DNA of 64,000 nt from Basidiobolus meristosporus CBS 931.73 (lineage: Eukaryota; Fungi; Basidiobolomycota). Location: contig MCFE01000057.1 in the NCBI GenBank assembly GCA_002104905.1, positions 62,001 to 126,000 on the forward strand. Reading direction: 5' to 3'. This document shows, one piece after another, positions 24,709 through 36,908 of the stretch (positions are counted from its first letter, which is position 1; every line of letters starts with the position of its first letter). A model generated the notes under the pieces. That model saw only the letters and a list, made by a program, of their open reading frames with translations, was not told the origin of the DNA and made no database searches. Made by a program: the position numbers and the translations under genes.

Positions 24709-26821
24709 ACTTACCAAATGGTATTTCCTTTTTCTACCTCCCCTTGTGCAATTCTTATGTTCCACTGTAGAATCACCTCTCTTTAATTGCTAACTCACTA
24801 CTTCTTGTGTATTCCATACATAGTTCAAATCAATAAAACTATGACATCCTGCCTACTAACCTCTACAAATTTGCACACCTGCCGCAATAGACATACTTCC
24901 ATGACATCAACTTTACAGCTTTTTAGTGTGATGCTTGCAAAGTTGCCATATACCTTGTATTGCTGGTAACATTTACATCTTGCAAACGTATGCTTGGTTG
25001 CTGTCACTTCTGCCATGAATACCTCCTGAATATCCACAAAGGACTTTTTGGTATTGAGTCAATATATTCCTTCTCCCTGGTGGATTCTAATCCCCCTTAT
25101 ATGTGCATTCTGGCACTTGTTTGCATGAATTCCATATTCAATGGTGTAGAAACTGGCTTATGACCAAGTTAAATCTGGCATACCCTTGGTAGAGTTTTCC
25201 TGGTAAAAACTAGTTGCTTTCTACACTCAACCCAACTTTGGATTACTTAACAGATTACCCAGACATTGGGGCTGCTTAGCTGCTTATTGCCATAGGCATT
25301 GGTGTCTCCATGTGCACATCTGTCCTCAGCATTTTGCAACTCTTCCTGGCTGCCCTTCATGTGCCAACTTATCACATCTATGACAGACTTGTAGACAGTA
25401 TTGTTAATGAGATTGAGATATGGCAGTACCACAACTTTATATGCCTTCCTATCTCTCAACACATCTGCTCCCTAGGAAATTCCTAAAAGGTGAAGGAAGG
25501 CTTAATATTCTCAACACACCAAGTAAGATGGAGTACCAAATGGATACAGTAGCCGCAGAGATCTATATGCTCAGCTTTATGTGTGCAGCATAGATGCTCA
25601 AATCCCATCACAAACTCTTTGCACACAAGCTACAGATTTGTCAAGCTGGCATTGGTGATTTGCTTCAGGAAAAATATTCCTCCAATGCCTACGTATGATT
25701 CCCAATGCTTCCAATGTGCTCTTGGTAGAAATGGCTTCAGAAGGCCACTTGAATAAATACATATCTAGTTCATCCAGTCCTTGCACTTGTATTGTTGCAT
25801 TTGCATATGAATGTTGATTGGAGCCTGTGAGAAGTACTTTGAGCAGTGCTTACTCTGAAACATCTTGCCAATTCTTTTAAATTTCTCTGGTATCTGTGAG
25901 GGCTGATTGAGCTTGATATGCCCCATGTACAACTTGACCATTGGTATAGGGATATTGTTGAAAAGCAAATGCAATGCTCCCAATAGAAAGCTTTTGCTCC
26001 AATAAATACCCTCCATCCTAAGTATCTCTTGTTTCCAATTATCTTCATATTCCAGCTGATGACTTATAGCTTGCCAACTTTGCTTCAACTGCATGCTGAC
26101 TTCTGTAAATTCTCCCTGCAGAAAGATTATGTTCTTAGTGTTGGTGTTTGAGTAGCATTAATGTATGTGAGTTATGGAGTAAGTACCCTGGATCTCACAC
26201 ATTTGACAGCAATACAATCCATTGTGCCCAGAAAAGCCCGCTACCTTGCATATGGCTGGGGTATCTCCAATGCAGATAATAATATGCACTTTGACATGAC
26301 AGCCATTTAGTCTTATCCTACTGTAGAGCATACAAAACTCATCTAGCAATGGATACAGGTAGCTATACAGGTTGGACAGTCATTTAGGCCCAGATACCAG
26401 TGAGACTACAATCAGATTCTTGCTTGGATACCATAAGATTGGCGGCAGATTCAGGTTGATGAGAATCAGTGACCAGCAGGATATGCTGGTAGAGTACTTG
26501 CTACATGAGAATCTGTGGTAATGGAAAGTATTCCATTACTACAATATCTCTAAACCAATATTGCACTCACTTCTTTATTTTGCTTTTTGCTATTGTAACA
26601 CACAAGTGAAAGATCAAAAATTTCCAGCTTCGAAGAACAAATGCTCCAGACCCTGACAAGCAATCCACCTAAGAATATTATATCATACAGAACACGTAGT
26701 AGCCAACAAATGTTTCAAATTACAGCTCATTTGAAGCAGTACTTAAGGAGTTATGACCAAAAGAGTCCAATTATTATATATACTATGCCTTATTGCTAGG
26801 ATTACTATGGTGACTTTGATT

Positions 26822-26980
26822 GCGTGTAACTTTTGAACCAGCCAATCAAATCACGTGAAATTCTCACAGGTGCTGCGCCTATGTCTGATCTGCGCCATTG
26901 CAAAATTTTAGCTTTGTATCACGTGAATTGCTTGCGCAATTGCCCAAAAACTTGATCCTTCAAAATTTTATATATATGAC
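26822..26980 (+). promoter_or_regulatory. LTR promoter: CCAAT, two ATCACGTGA boxes, TATA
   Basis: GCCAATCA 26841-26848; ATCACGTGA 26850-26858 and 26918-26926; TATATATA ~26969-26976. Confidence 0.55.
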
Positions 26981-27195
26981 TTCCCCAGCTGAAAAATAAG
27001 GGAGAGCCTCTCTTTCCAGAATCTCCACACTACAATTACAAGTTTAAAGGTTATAAGACTTCCCCTGCATCACTTGCACTGTTGAGTATTCTGACTTTGA
27101 TTGGTACTACATCTGTAAAGAGACTGCAAAGCTCACAAGAATTCAATCCAAGTTCTACAAGAAACTACCACTTTTCTGTTGGAAAAGTCCCCTCT

Positions 27196-27397
27196 AGGAA
27201 ACCCCTTTACTCTAAAGACACCCCTTTAGACACCCCTTTAGTCTGAAGACCCCTTTAGAGACCCCTTTAAGAAACCCCTTTACTCTAAAGAAGCCCCTTT
27301 AGGCACCCCTTTAGTGTAAAGTCCACTTTAGAGACCACTACAAGAAGCCCCTTTACTCTAAAGATACCCCTTTAGACACCCCTTTAGGTTAAAGGGG
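27196..27397. repeat. 73-bp higher-order tandem repeat built from CCCCTTTA subunits (~2.7 units)
   Basis: Unit starts at 27196, 27269, 27342; ends in hairpin CCCCTTTA-GGT-TAAAGGGG. Confidence 0.85.
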
Positions 27398-30300
27398 AGT
27401 TCAGAATTTCTATATTAGGAAATATTTTCTCAAGAAGGAAAGTGACTTCCAAATAAGGAAAAGTTACTATAACAGTGAATAAGCCCATTAGTTGACAGAA
27501 GGTCAGAACACTGCTGTAGAAGTGATAAACACTGCCTACAGTATATTTTGAGCCTAAGATTGAGGAAATTAGTGAAAGTTATATCTTCTATTGGTATATC
27601 AAACTCCCAATAAACTATTTCAGTATTAGCATACTGGAAGTTGTTGTATATTGTTGATTAGCCTCTACATTGTAGAACAAGCCCCAAACTAATCATAATA
27701 CAACACAACAAATCCATCAAGTGTCAAGGTAATGGTATGCTTGTACTTACCTTCAAAGTAGCCCTTGCTTCTTAGCTGTTTCTAATGTTTGCCATCAAAT
27801 ATATTGGATATGTTTGTGCTTGAATGATTCTGAATGTGTTGCTTTATAGCTTCACAATACTTGTTGGAATGCATGAGCTTTTGTAGACCAGGTATTACCA
27901 GAATATATTGAGAGTGTGGACAATGTTTTCCTGCAATGGTGGTGCATTCCCGACAAGTTGGACACTTTGAAATCATGGCATAATCTGATGCGGATGCCAT
28001 GCAACTGTTAACACATGTTGGTATTGGTATGGTCTCTGGGACATGTGTTGCCAGCCACATGATGTCTTTCCACTTGTACTCTGTACATGGTAAGTTGCAT
28101 CCCACAATGATTTTGGCAAGAAGAAGTAGTAAACCCTCAAAGCCTCCTTTACTGATATTAGTGGAAATGCGCCACTACTCTAGCCGCAACGTCACTTCAT
28201 TCACCAGTAGATGGACTACTAGGCTCACTTGACTCCATAAAGTATCCTCAGCATTTTTTTCTACAGGTGTTGTCTCATTGCATAATGGGATTTTGCCAGG
28301 CTCATGTAGGGTACTGTTGTTAGGGAAGATAGGCTCACAATCCATCAGTGAACCTGCTTCTACAGACCTATCACTCTGCATGCCATATTCAGAAGGCTAG
28401 GGTGAGCCTAAAAGTGCCACAAACTCACCTGACTCAGTTTGCGCAAGGTGACAAGTATGGCTAGGTGCCAATATAGGAGTATCAAGCAGCCAGCAACATA
28501 TTGTTGGAACAGTAGTGACAGGTGTGTGGTCAAATATGACTTGTGTGTCAAAACACTTGCTGTGATCTTTGTTGTACATCCTATGCTGTCTGCATGCTTC
28601 ATGGGTGAGAGGCTTGCTACAATAGCCACATGACCTTTTTTCTCTTCTCTTATGGTGTTGAATCAAAGTAGTCTTGTCCATGGGGCAAACAGTTTGACAC
28701 TCTACAACATAACTCTATTATATTGCTTTTTGTCAATACTCATGTGAGTGTGTGACAGTCTAGTAGTTGAGACATTGCACCTACATGAATGTAAGAAGCA
28801 ATGATTACCCACCATAGTAAGCATATTGAATAAAGTTGTACCACCATGTACACATATATATGTAACACTATTTCCCCTTTGGTTTGACTCACTCCCATAT
28901 ATAAGTTGCCAAAAAATAAAGCAAAGTTGTCTAGTTCCTAATCAAACCCTGCTGCTGATAGCAGCAGAAGAATGGTTGGACAACAGCTTGCTTTGACATT
29001 CAGTGCAACAAGCAGGGCTACAAGCAAAAAAGGCCCTGTGGACAGTGTTCCCACTGAAGGTAGCAATGTGGACTCCTCAGGCTCTCAGGCAAGTAGCCAA
29101 TTGGGAATCTCTGCAGAGCTGCAAGCTGACCATATTGCTGATGCAGATGAAAATGCAGCAAAAGCAGTACCTTCAGTTGAAGACCAGCAAGTGGCCATCA
29201 TAACATCACTGCCACCTGTATTAGCAAGTATACTGTCAGCCCATACCAAAGCATTGATGAGGCAACAAGGTGCAGTGGCAGATAGGATAGATGCAGTGGC
29301 CCAGAGAAACTAGGAAATAGTTCACAAACAGGATAAGTGGATAATATGTGTAGAGCAATCAATATCCCAGGTAGAAAAAGCAGTGTCTTTGCTGCAAAGA
29401 TGGAGCTCAAGTAGCTCAGTGCCACAGCCAGGAGTTGAGCCACTTCCCAATGTAGCAGCAGAGGAACACCATACTTTCCTTGACACACAACAACATTGCC
29501 CAAAGATAAAGCCAACAGAAAAGCCTGTCACAACATGGGAGGGAGAAAATGTAGTATTTATGCCAAGACCTAAAAATTAAGAGACGTTGAAGAACTGTCA
29601 AGTTATTGAGTGCAGTGATGAAGAGTGGGATACTATCCAATATGCTGTTAGAAGTCTAGCCTGCCAGCACCTCAAGGCTAGCATACCATGGGACCATCAG
29701 TAACTCAAAGCCAGGAAAAATGCCTTGACTTGCTTGATGAGCATTATCCTAGATTTATATGCGTAAATTTGTTTTGGGCCAGCATTGGTATGCTAAGAAA
29801 GTATCTCAAGAGTAGCAGAAACTATCAAAGGCAGAAGAACAAGTATGCAATGGCCAAAGACCAACAGCTTTCTCATGAGCACATTACAAGCAGGGCCAAA
29901 AGCTCTAAACAAATGTCAGAGAGGCATCATGTAGCCAGAAGAGTGCTGATAAAGGAAAAGCAGGTAGCACAGATGCACCAGAACAACATTACCAAGGAAA
30001 AAGGGTGGGTCTACCCAAGAAGCACTCAGTCAAAGTAGCAGTGAAGGACCTGGCAGTGCTAAAAATAAGGGACTACCTCATGAGCCTGTCACAGCATGGG
30101 CTGAGAGCTCAAAACAAGCAGAAAAGAAGCATCAGGTTGCCCCAGAGTGCCAGCAAGGGACAAGCAGGCCAAAACAGATGCTTCAGAGTAGCATTTATTA
30201 AGGAGAAAATGTAGCTCAATACAAGAAGTGCTCAGACAAAATAGCGGTGAAAGACCTGGCAGTAATAAAGAAAAAGGTAAAGGGAAAAAAGTCTACCTAA

Positions 30301-30556
30301 GCCAGAGACAGGGAAGTGTGAGAAAAAAGCTGCAGTCCTTGCCAATTAAAGCCTTAGGCCAGGAACAGACTAAATTCCATTGTAGCCAAGAAGAATTGCC
30401 AACAAACAAACAGCTATTTTCACAAGAGTTGGAAGCACTGCCAGTGGAGCTACAATCCAGTGAGGTGGATGAGTTTGCAGAGAAAGTAAAGTTGTGTGCC
30501 ACAGCCTCCATATCCTCCATTGTAGACCAAGTGGACATCCCACTGACAGACAAAGT

Positions 30557-32519
30557 TGTTATAAAATATGTATTCCACCTAAATATTCACCTAACTTTAT
30601 CACTTAGATCATTACTGCCAAATCCTAGAGAATACTGAACAAATTCCTTGTTGGGACTTACTTGGAATATTTTCACCAAAATATCAGGTACTCAGAACAT
30701 AAAAATTCTCAAAGCTGTCCAAACAGCCCCACACTTTGCACATATGTTATTGGGACCTCTCCAAGACTCTAACAGCAGATATCAGCAGTTCCTTTTGGTT
30801 ATCTAAAAATCCACTTAACTGCTGCAATATGATCATATCCATAGTTCTGATTATGCTAGCTGACAACTCCCGCTGCATATGAGATATCTGGACATATCCC
30901 TAGCATGATATACATCAGACTGCCAACCACAGACTGATAAGGAAAGTCAGGGCTTTCAGATGGCACCAAGCCCTCTTGATTTGTTGAGGCTTGATCACAT
31001 TGAGGTTTGTCTCCTTTGGGGTAGCTGCAGATTTACAGTCCTCCATTTGGTACTTCTTTAGTATATTTTAAACATACTTGGATTGGCTTAGGGTGATATT
31101 CTGGGTACTTCTGTCTATGGCAAAGTTTATCCCTAAGTAGTACCTGATTTCTCTTAGATTCAATATCTTTAACTCTGTAGATTGACTGGATTTTGTCTCT
31201 ACCAGTGTTTTTAGGTTAAAGGTGGCTATAATAAGATGATCCACATAGAGAGCTAGTAGAACTGGATTTGCTCTTTCTGGCTAATAGTATATACTATAGT
31301 CAACATTACTCCTTTGAAATTCAATGACTCCAAATAAGAATTTATCTTTTGATTCTAGGCTCTTAGTGATTGTTCCAGTCCATATAGAGATCTTTTATAC
31401 TTGCAGACCAAATATGAATTTTCTTGGTGAGCAAGACCATCAGGCTGGTCCATACACATGTCCTCATCAAGTTCTCCCTTCAAAAATGCAGCTTTCACAC
31501 CCAATTGATGTAAAAATATATTATATTTGGCTGCAATAGCCAATATTATTATGATGAAATTAAACTTGGCTAATGATGCAAGGGTCTCAGTATTGTCAAG
31601 TTGTTTTGTTTAAGAGTATCCTTTGGCCACAAGTCTTGCATTGTATCCTCAAATAGTATTATCAGCCTTATATTTTGTCTTAAAGACCCATCTGCATCTA
31701 ATTGATATTTTGTGATTAGTAATTTGACAAAGTCCCAGTGTGATATTCCATTAGGGCCGGATATTCCCCAGTTGATGCAGATCTCTAAAACTTTGTCTGA
31801 GGGCTACTTAGGGCATCTTTTATACTCAGGGGCTCAGCAATATGGACAGAATAAGCATAGGCTAAGTTTGTATCCAGACTGATATAGTAATTTGGGCTAT
31901 TTTTTGTCTAGTAGGAACTCCTGGCATTGGATACTAAAATGGTCACTTCTGAGATATTCCAGGGCGCTGATTCAGACTGAACCATGGTTGTAGGGCTCTT
32001 AGGAGTTGGGATCAAGCTTTTATTGTCATCTAATGTCATTTTTTGAGAAAATTTTGAATTTTCTTCAGATAACACACCCCTGGACTTGATCAGCTACTTT
32101 GCTTTGGTATTGCAGAGTCTGTCTCCCTTACTGTCTTTGCAGTAGCCTAAAAATACTCATTTCACACTCTTTGACTCAAATTTTGCTTGATTTTTGAGCA
32201 GTTCATGATAATATCCTGTACACCCAAGTATTCTCAGATGCTCTGTAGTTAATCTGTATCCATACCATGCCTCAGATGGTGGGGAATCACAAAGTATTTT
32301 GTTCTGACTCCTATTTTTAAGGTATGCAGCTGTGGCAACTGATTCCACCCAAAGATCATAGGATAAATTTTGATCATGGATCATAGATCTTGCCATATCA
32401 ATTATTCATCTGTTTGCACATTTTACTACTCCATTTTGCTGTTGGGAGTATGTTAAAATAGTCTCTTGCTTTATCCCATGAGTTTTGCAGAAGTGGATGG
32501 AGAGTGTTGAGGTACATTC
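30557..32519 (-). mobile_element. Copia family 1 copy N: minus integrase-RT fragment capped by an oppositely oriented, internally deleted LTR (30557-30777)
   Basis: MARSMIHDQ...YLKNRS, FLKGELDEDM on minus; LTR on plus joins RT at ...aacagca|gatatcagc. Confidence 0.75.
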
Positions 32520-35500
32520 AGTTGTAAAAGTTTCTAATCCACCTAAATATTCACCTAGCTCAGTCACTGAGATCATTACCTTCAAATCCCTGAGAATACT
32601 GACCAAATTCCTTGTTGGGATTTACTTGGAATATTTTCACCAAAATGCCAGGTACCCAGAATATAAAAATTTTCAAAGTTGTCCAAACAGCCCCACACTT
32701 TGCACATATGTTCTAGGGACCTTCCTTGACCTATTCTATGTGTTAGTTATGCCAAGACCATGTAAAAGTATATATACTACTTTTACATTTAAAAAATCAT
32801 TAAGTGAAAGCTACATAATCTACTTGTCCTCCCAATTGCTTCCAATATCTCCAAGATTTGTGCCACAGGTTATGAGCCCCAAGCTGTCACTCTCTGCAAT
32901 GTCTACAACTGCTATTACCAGAATTTTTCCCTCTGCTGAAAAGTTGGATGGATCTAACTACCAAGTGTGGAAGGTGAAGATGACAATGCTGCTACAAGAA
33001 AGAGGCCTTTGGGATACTGTCATGGGAAAAAATGTCTTCCTAAAAACATGGGAGAGGAAGCCTTAAGGCACCAGAAGAAAGAACAAAGTGTCTATAACTG
33101 CACTTGCCTTAATGTTAAAGACAAATTGCTAGTTCAATGTTCAAGAACAAAACTGGCTAAGAATTTCTGTAAGGCATTATAAGACACCTACCAGTCATGT
33201 TCAGCTGCTAAGAAAATGTATCTGAGACAAAAATTCCTCATTAAAAAGATGCAGCCAGGAGAAGAAACAAAAAACCCAATTAACAGAATTACCCTGCTGG
33301 TGAATAAGATGGAATCTGTGGGCATACCAACTACTGATGAGGATGTGATAGTTATCATCCTGAAAAGCCCACAGACAGGTTTCAGGGCCTTGTGTCAGCC
33401 TTAGAGTCCAGAACTGAAGATTTGACCTTAAGCTACATATATGGAAGGCTCCTGGATGAAGAATCAAAAAAGTTAAGTGTCAATAAGAAGAAACAAGAAA
33501 TGCTTTAATAAGCAATGACAGCCAGCAAAGGAGATACCCAAAACCTTTCAAAGGTAATAGCAACCTGTTTTGTAACTGCTGCAAATGGAAAGGACACACA
33601 TCAGACTTGTGATTCAAAAAGAGAGATTGTCAGCAGAAAAAGCTTTAATATGGAAATGCTGCAACAATTGACAATAAACTATTCATATCTGCACTAAATA
33701 TGGCCACAATCAAGGATTCTCAGACATGGTATATTGACTCTGGAGTATCTCACCACTTTACATGCCAAAATGAACTTTTTAGTCAATATCAAGATATTGC
33801 AATGAAGAAGGTTTTCATGAGTGAGAATAGAATAATTGATGCATTGGGGGAAGGAACTATTGAGGCAAACCTTGGCAGCCATGAAGGAAGCCACACACTT
33901 ACCTACCAAGAAGTACTCTGTGTACCAGATATAGCCAAGAACCTACTATCTGTAAGCAAGACCACTGCAGAAGGACTCAGTGTCAGATTTGACAATTCTG
34001 GATGCAGGATCACCAATCAAAATAGTGCACATATTGCTTTGGGTACAGAGATCAGAATCTACACAAGTTGACTTATATTCCATCAAATCTGGAAGCCAAT
34101 ATACATAACTTGAGTGAAGAAACACCAATGCTTTGGCACAGGATATTTGGACACATCAATTTTGATTATATGTGCAAAACATTCAAAGATCAGCTAATTT
34201 CCAGGGTAAAAATTGATCCCCCAGCTATTTGGAGAACTGTGAAGCCTACATGCATAGGAAGCAAGCCAGAAAATCATTCAAGAGCTCTGGGTTAATCAAA
34301 ACTAAGAAAAAATTAGATCTAATTCACTCAGATCTGTGTGGACCTAAGCAATATTTATCCTTTGGTGGGATGAAGTATTTAATCACTTTTATTGATGATT
34401 ATACAGGATACATGTGGGTCTACTTCATGTAGAGAAAGGATGAAGCTCTTTCTAAGTTCAGGGAGCTCAAAGCCATGGTGGAGAGAGAAACTGGTGAAAA
34501 AACCAAGAAAATATGCTCTGACAAAGGTGGAGAATATACCTCAGAACTGTTCATACACTTAGGTATATCCGTAGGATAAAGCAAGAGACTACTGTAACAT
34601 ATTCCCCACAGCAAAATAGAGTAGTAGAATGTGCAAACAGATGAATAATTGATATGGCAAGATCCATGATCCTTGATCCAAATTTATCCTATGATTTCTG
34701 GGTGGAATCTGTTGCCACAGCTGTATACCTTAAAAATAGGAGTTAGAACAGAATACTTTGTGAATCCCCACCATCTGAGGCATGGAATGGATACAGACCA
34801 ACTGCAGAGCATCTGAGAATACTTGGGTGTACAGGATATGATCAGGAACTGCTCAAAAATCAAGCAAAATTTGAGTCAAAAAGTATAAAATGAGTATTTT
34901 TAGGCTACTGCAAAGACAGTAAGGCAGACAAACTCTGCAATACCAAAGCAAAGAAGCTTATCAAGTCCAGGGATGTGTTGTTTGATGAAAATTCAAAATT
35001 CTCACAAAAAATGATATCAGATGACGACAGAAATACGATCTCAAGTCCACCAATTGTTAGAAATGAATCACAGCATAGTAATGAAAATATTTTTACTACA
35101 GAGGACTCTACAGCCATAGTTCAGCCTGAATCAGTGCACAGGAATATCACAGAAGGGACCATTCCATTATTAAATGCCCTGAGATCCAATCAGACAAGAC
35201 ATAGCCCAAATTATTATATCAATGAGGCTACAAACTTAGCCTATGCCTATTCAATCCATATTGATGAACCCCAGACTGTAAAAAAGGCCTTAAATAGCCC
35301 TGATATGAAGTTTTGAAGGTCTGCCATGACTGAGGAATATCAGGCTCTGATGGAAAATCAAACTTGGGACTAGGTCAAATTACCAATCAACAAAATATCA
35401 ATTGGATGCAGATGGGTCTTTGAGACAAAATATAAGGCTGATGGTATATCTGAAAGATACAAAGCAAGACTTATGGACAGAGGATACTCTGAAACAAAAG

Positions 35501-36868
35501 GACTTGACTATACTGAGACCTTTGCACTGGTAGCCAAGTATAATTCATCAGATTGATATTGGCTATTGCAGCCAAATATAAGTTTTTTATTCATCAAATG
35601 AATGTAAAAACTGCATTTTTGAATGGAAAACTTCATGAGGACATATATATGGACCAGCCTAATGGGTTTGCTGACCAAGATAACCCCCATTTGATCTGCA
35701 AGATTATATAATCTCTATATGGTCTCAAACAACCACCTAGAGCCTGAAATTGCAAGATAGAATCTATTTTGGAATCTTTGAGTTTCAAAAGGAGTAATGC
35801 TGACTATATTAAATACTATAAGCCAGATAGAGTAAACCTGGTTCTATTAGCGCTATATTTGGATGATCTTATTATAGCCACCAATAATCTAGTAACATTG
35901 GAAGAGACTAAATCCAGCCTATCTAAAGAGTTCAAGATGTCAAACCTGGGAGAACTCCCAATGAAAAATCCCAAGCTGAGATTTCACTTGATTTTCAGCC
36001 AGTATTCTGCTGGTATTCTAATGGTATTCTGCTGGTATTCAGCTAGAGCTTTTGGTTCAAAATTTCAAATGCAATATTTGATGGAGGTAATGGGCAGCTA
36101 ATAACCAAATTTGGCACTGATGTTAGTTGACCCAGTCTCCTCCTGGAGATTTTGGTTGCTTGTCTGCCAATCAGCCTACAATAGAGATACTGAAAGTCTT
36201 CAATTTTGAGAAACTTTGATTTTGGCTGATATTAGGATGGTTTTTTGCTGGCCTTTCTAAATTTTTTTGTGAACTTAGTTACTGCTTTAGGATTAAGTTC
36301 CCCATAGGCAGAAGTACCCATACTATCATGCTAAGCAAATCCAAGTATAGTCAAGATATACTAAAGAAGTACCAAATGGAAGACTGTAAACCAGCAGCAA
36401 CCCCAATGGAGACAAAGCTTATCTTGGTCAAAACTCAAACAAATCAAGATAGCTGGGTGCCATCTGAAAGCCCTGACTTTACTTATCAATCTATGTTTGG
36501 CAGTCTGATGTATATCATGCTAGGAACACGTCCAGATATCTCATATTCAGTGGTAGTTGTCAGCCAGCATAATCAGAATTATAGATCTGATCATATTGCA
36601 GCAGTTAAGTGGATTTTTAGATAACCAAAAGGAACTGCTGATATCTGCTGTTAGAGTCTTGGAGAGGTCCCAAGAACATATGTGCAAAGTGTGGGGCTGT
36701 TTGGACAGCTTTGAGAACTTTTATGTTCTGGGTACCTGGTATTTTGGTGAAAATATTCCAAGTAAATCCCAACAAGGAATTTGGTCAGTATTCTCTTAGA
36801 TTTGAAGTTAATAATTTAAGTGACCATGTGAGGTGAATATTTAGTTGGAATCACAAATTTTTACATCA
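32520..36868 (+). mobile_element. Copia family 1 copy P: 5' LTR 32520-32867, PBS, gag-PR-IN-RT, ending in inverted deleted LTR 36646-36868
   Basis: PBS GGTTATGAGCCC 32868-32879; WYIDSG, LIHSDLCGP, YLDDL motifs; many stops; no RNase H. Confidence 0.8.
35957..36270. mobile_element. 314-bp insertion in RT of copy P
   Basis: Flanked by GAACT direct repeat (35952-35956, 36271-36275); absent from copies at 47310 and 49780; four 11-bp GGTATTCTGCT-like units. Confidence 0.6.
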
Positions 36869-36908
36869 GAATGTACCTCAACACTCTCCATCCACTTCCG
36901 CAAAAGCA

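Larger units (their letters stand above)
26514..27710 (+). mobile_element. 1,197-bp solo LTR of an otherwise absent family
   Basis: TG...CA termini (TGTGGT/ACAACA); AATC duplicated at 26510-26513 and 27711-27714; transposase frame continuous across it; TATA ~26969, AATAAA 27609. Confidence 0.75.
24709..30556. mobile_element. CACTA-like copy 4 (transposase minus ~24720-28740 split by solo LTR; ORF2 plus ~28970-30556)
   Basis: Transposase N-terminus MDKTTLIQHHKRREKRSCGYC; ORF2 colinear with other copies; truncated by a copia LTR at 30557. Confidence 0.8.

Noticed and set aside
27196-27397. CCCCTTTA array as telomere, telomerase template or CRISPR
   Set aside because: Not a TTAGGG-type unit, lies inside a TSD-flanked LTR, and has no unique spacers
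480-30556. CACTA terminal inverted repeats
   Set aside because: Copy ends are cut by other insertions or decayed; no convincing TIR/TSD pair found
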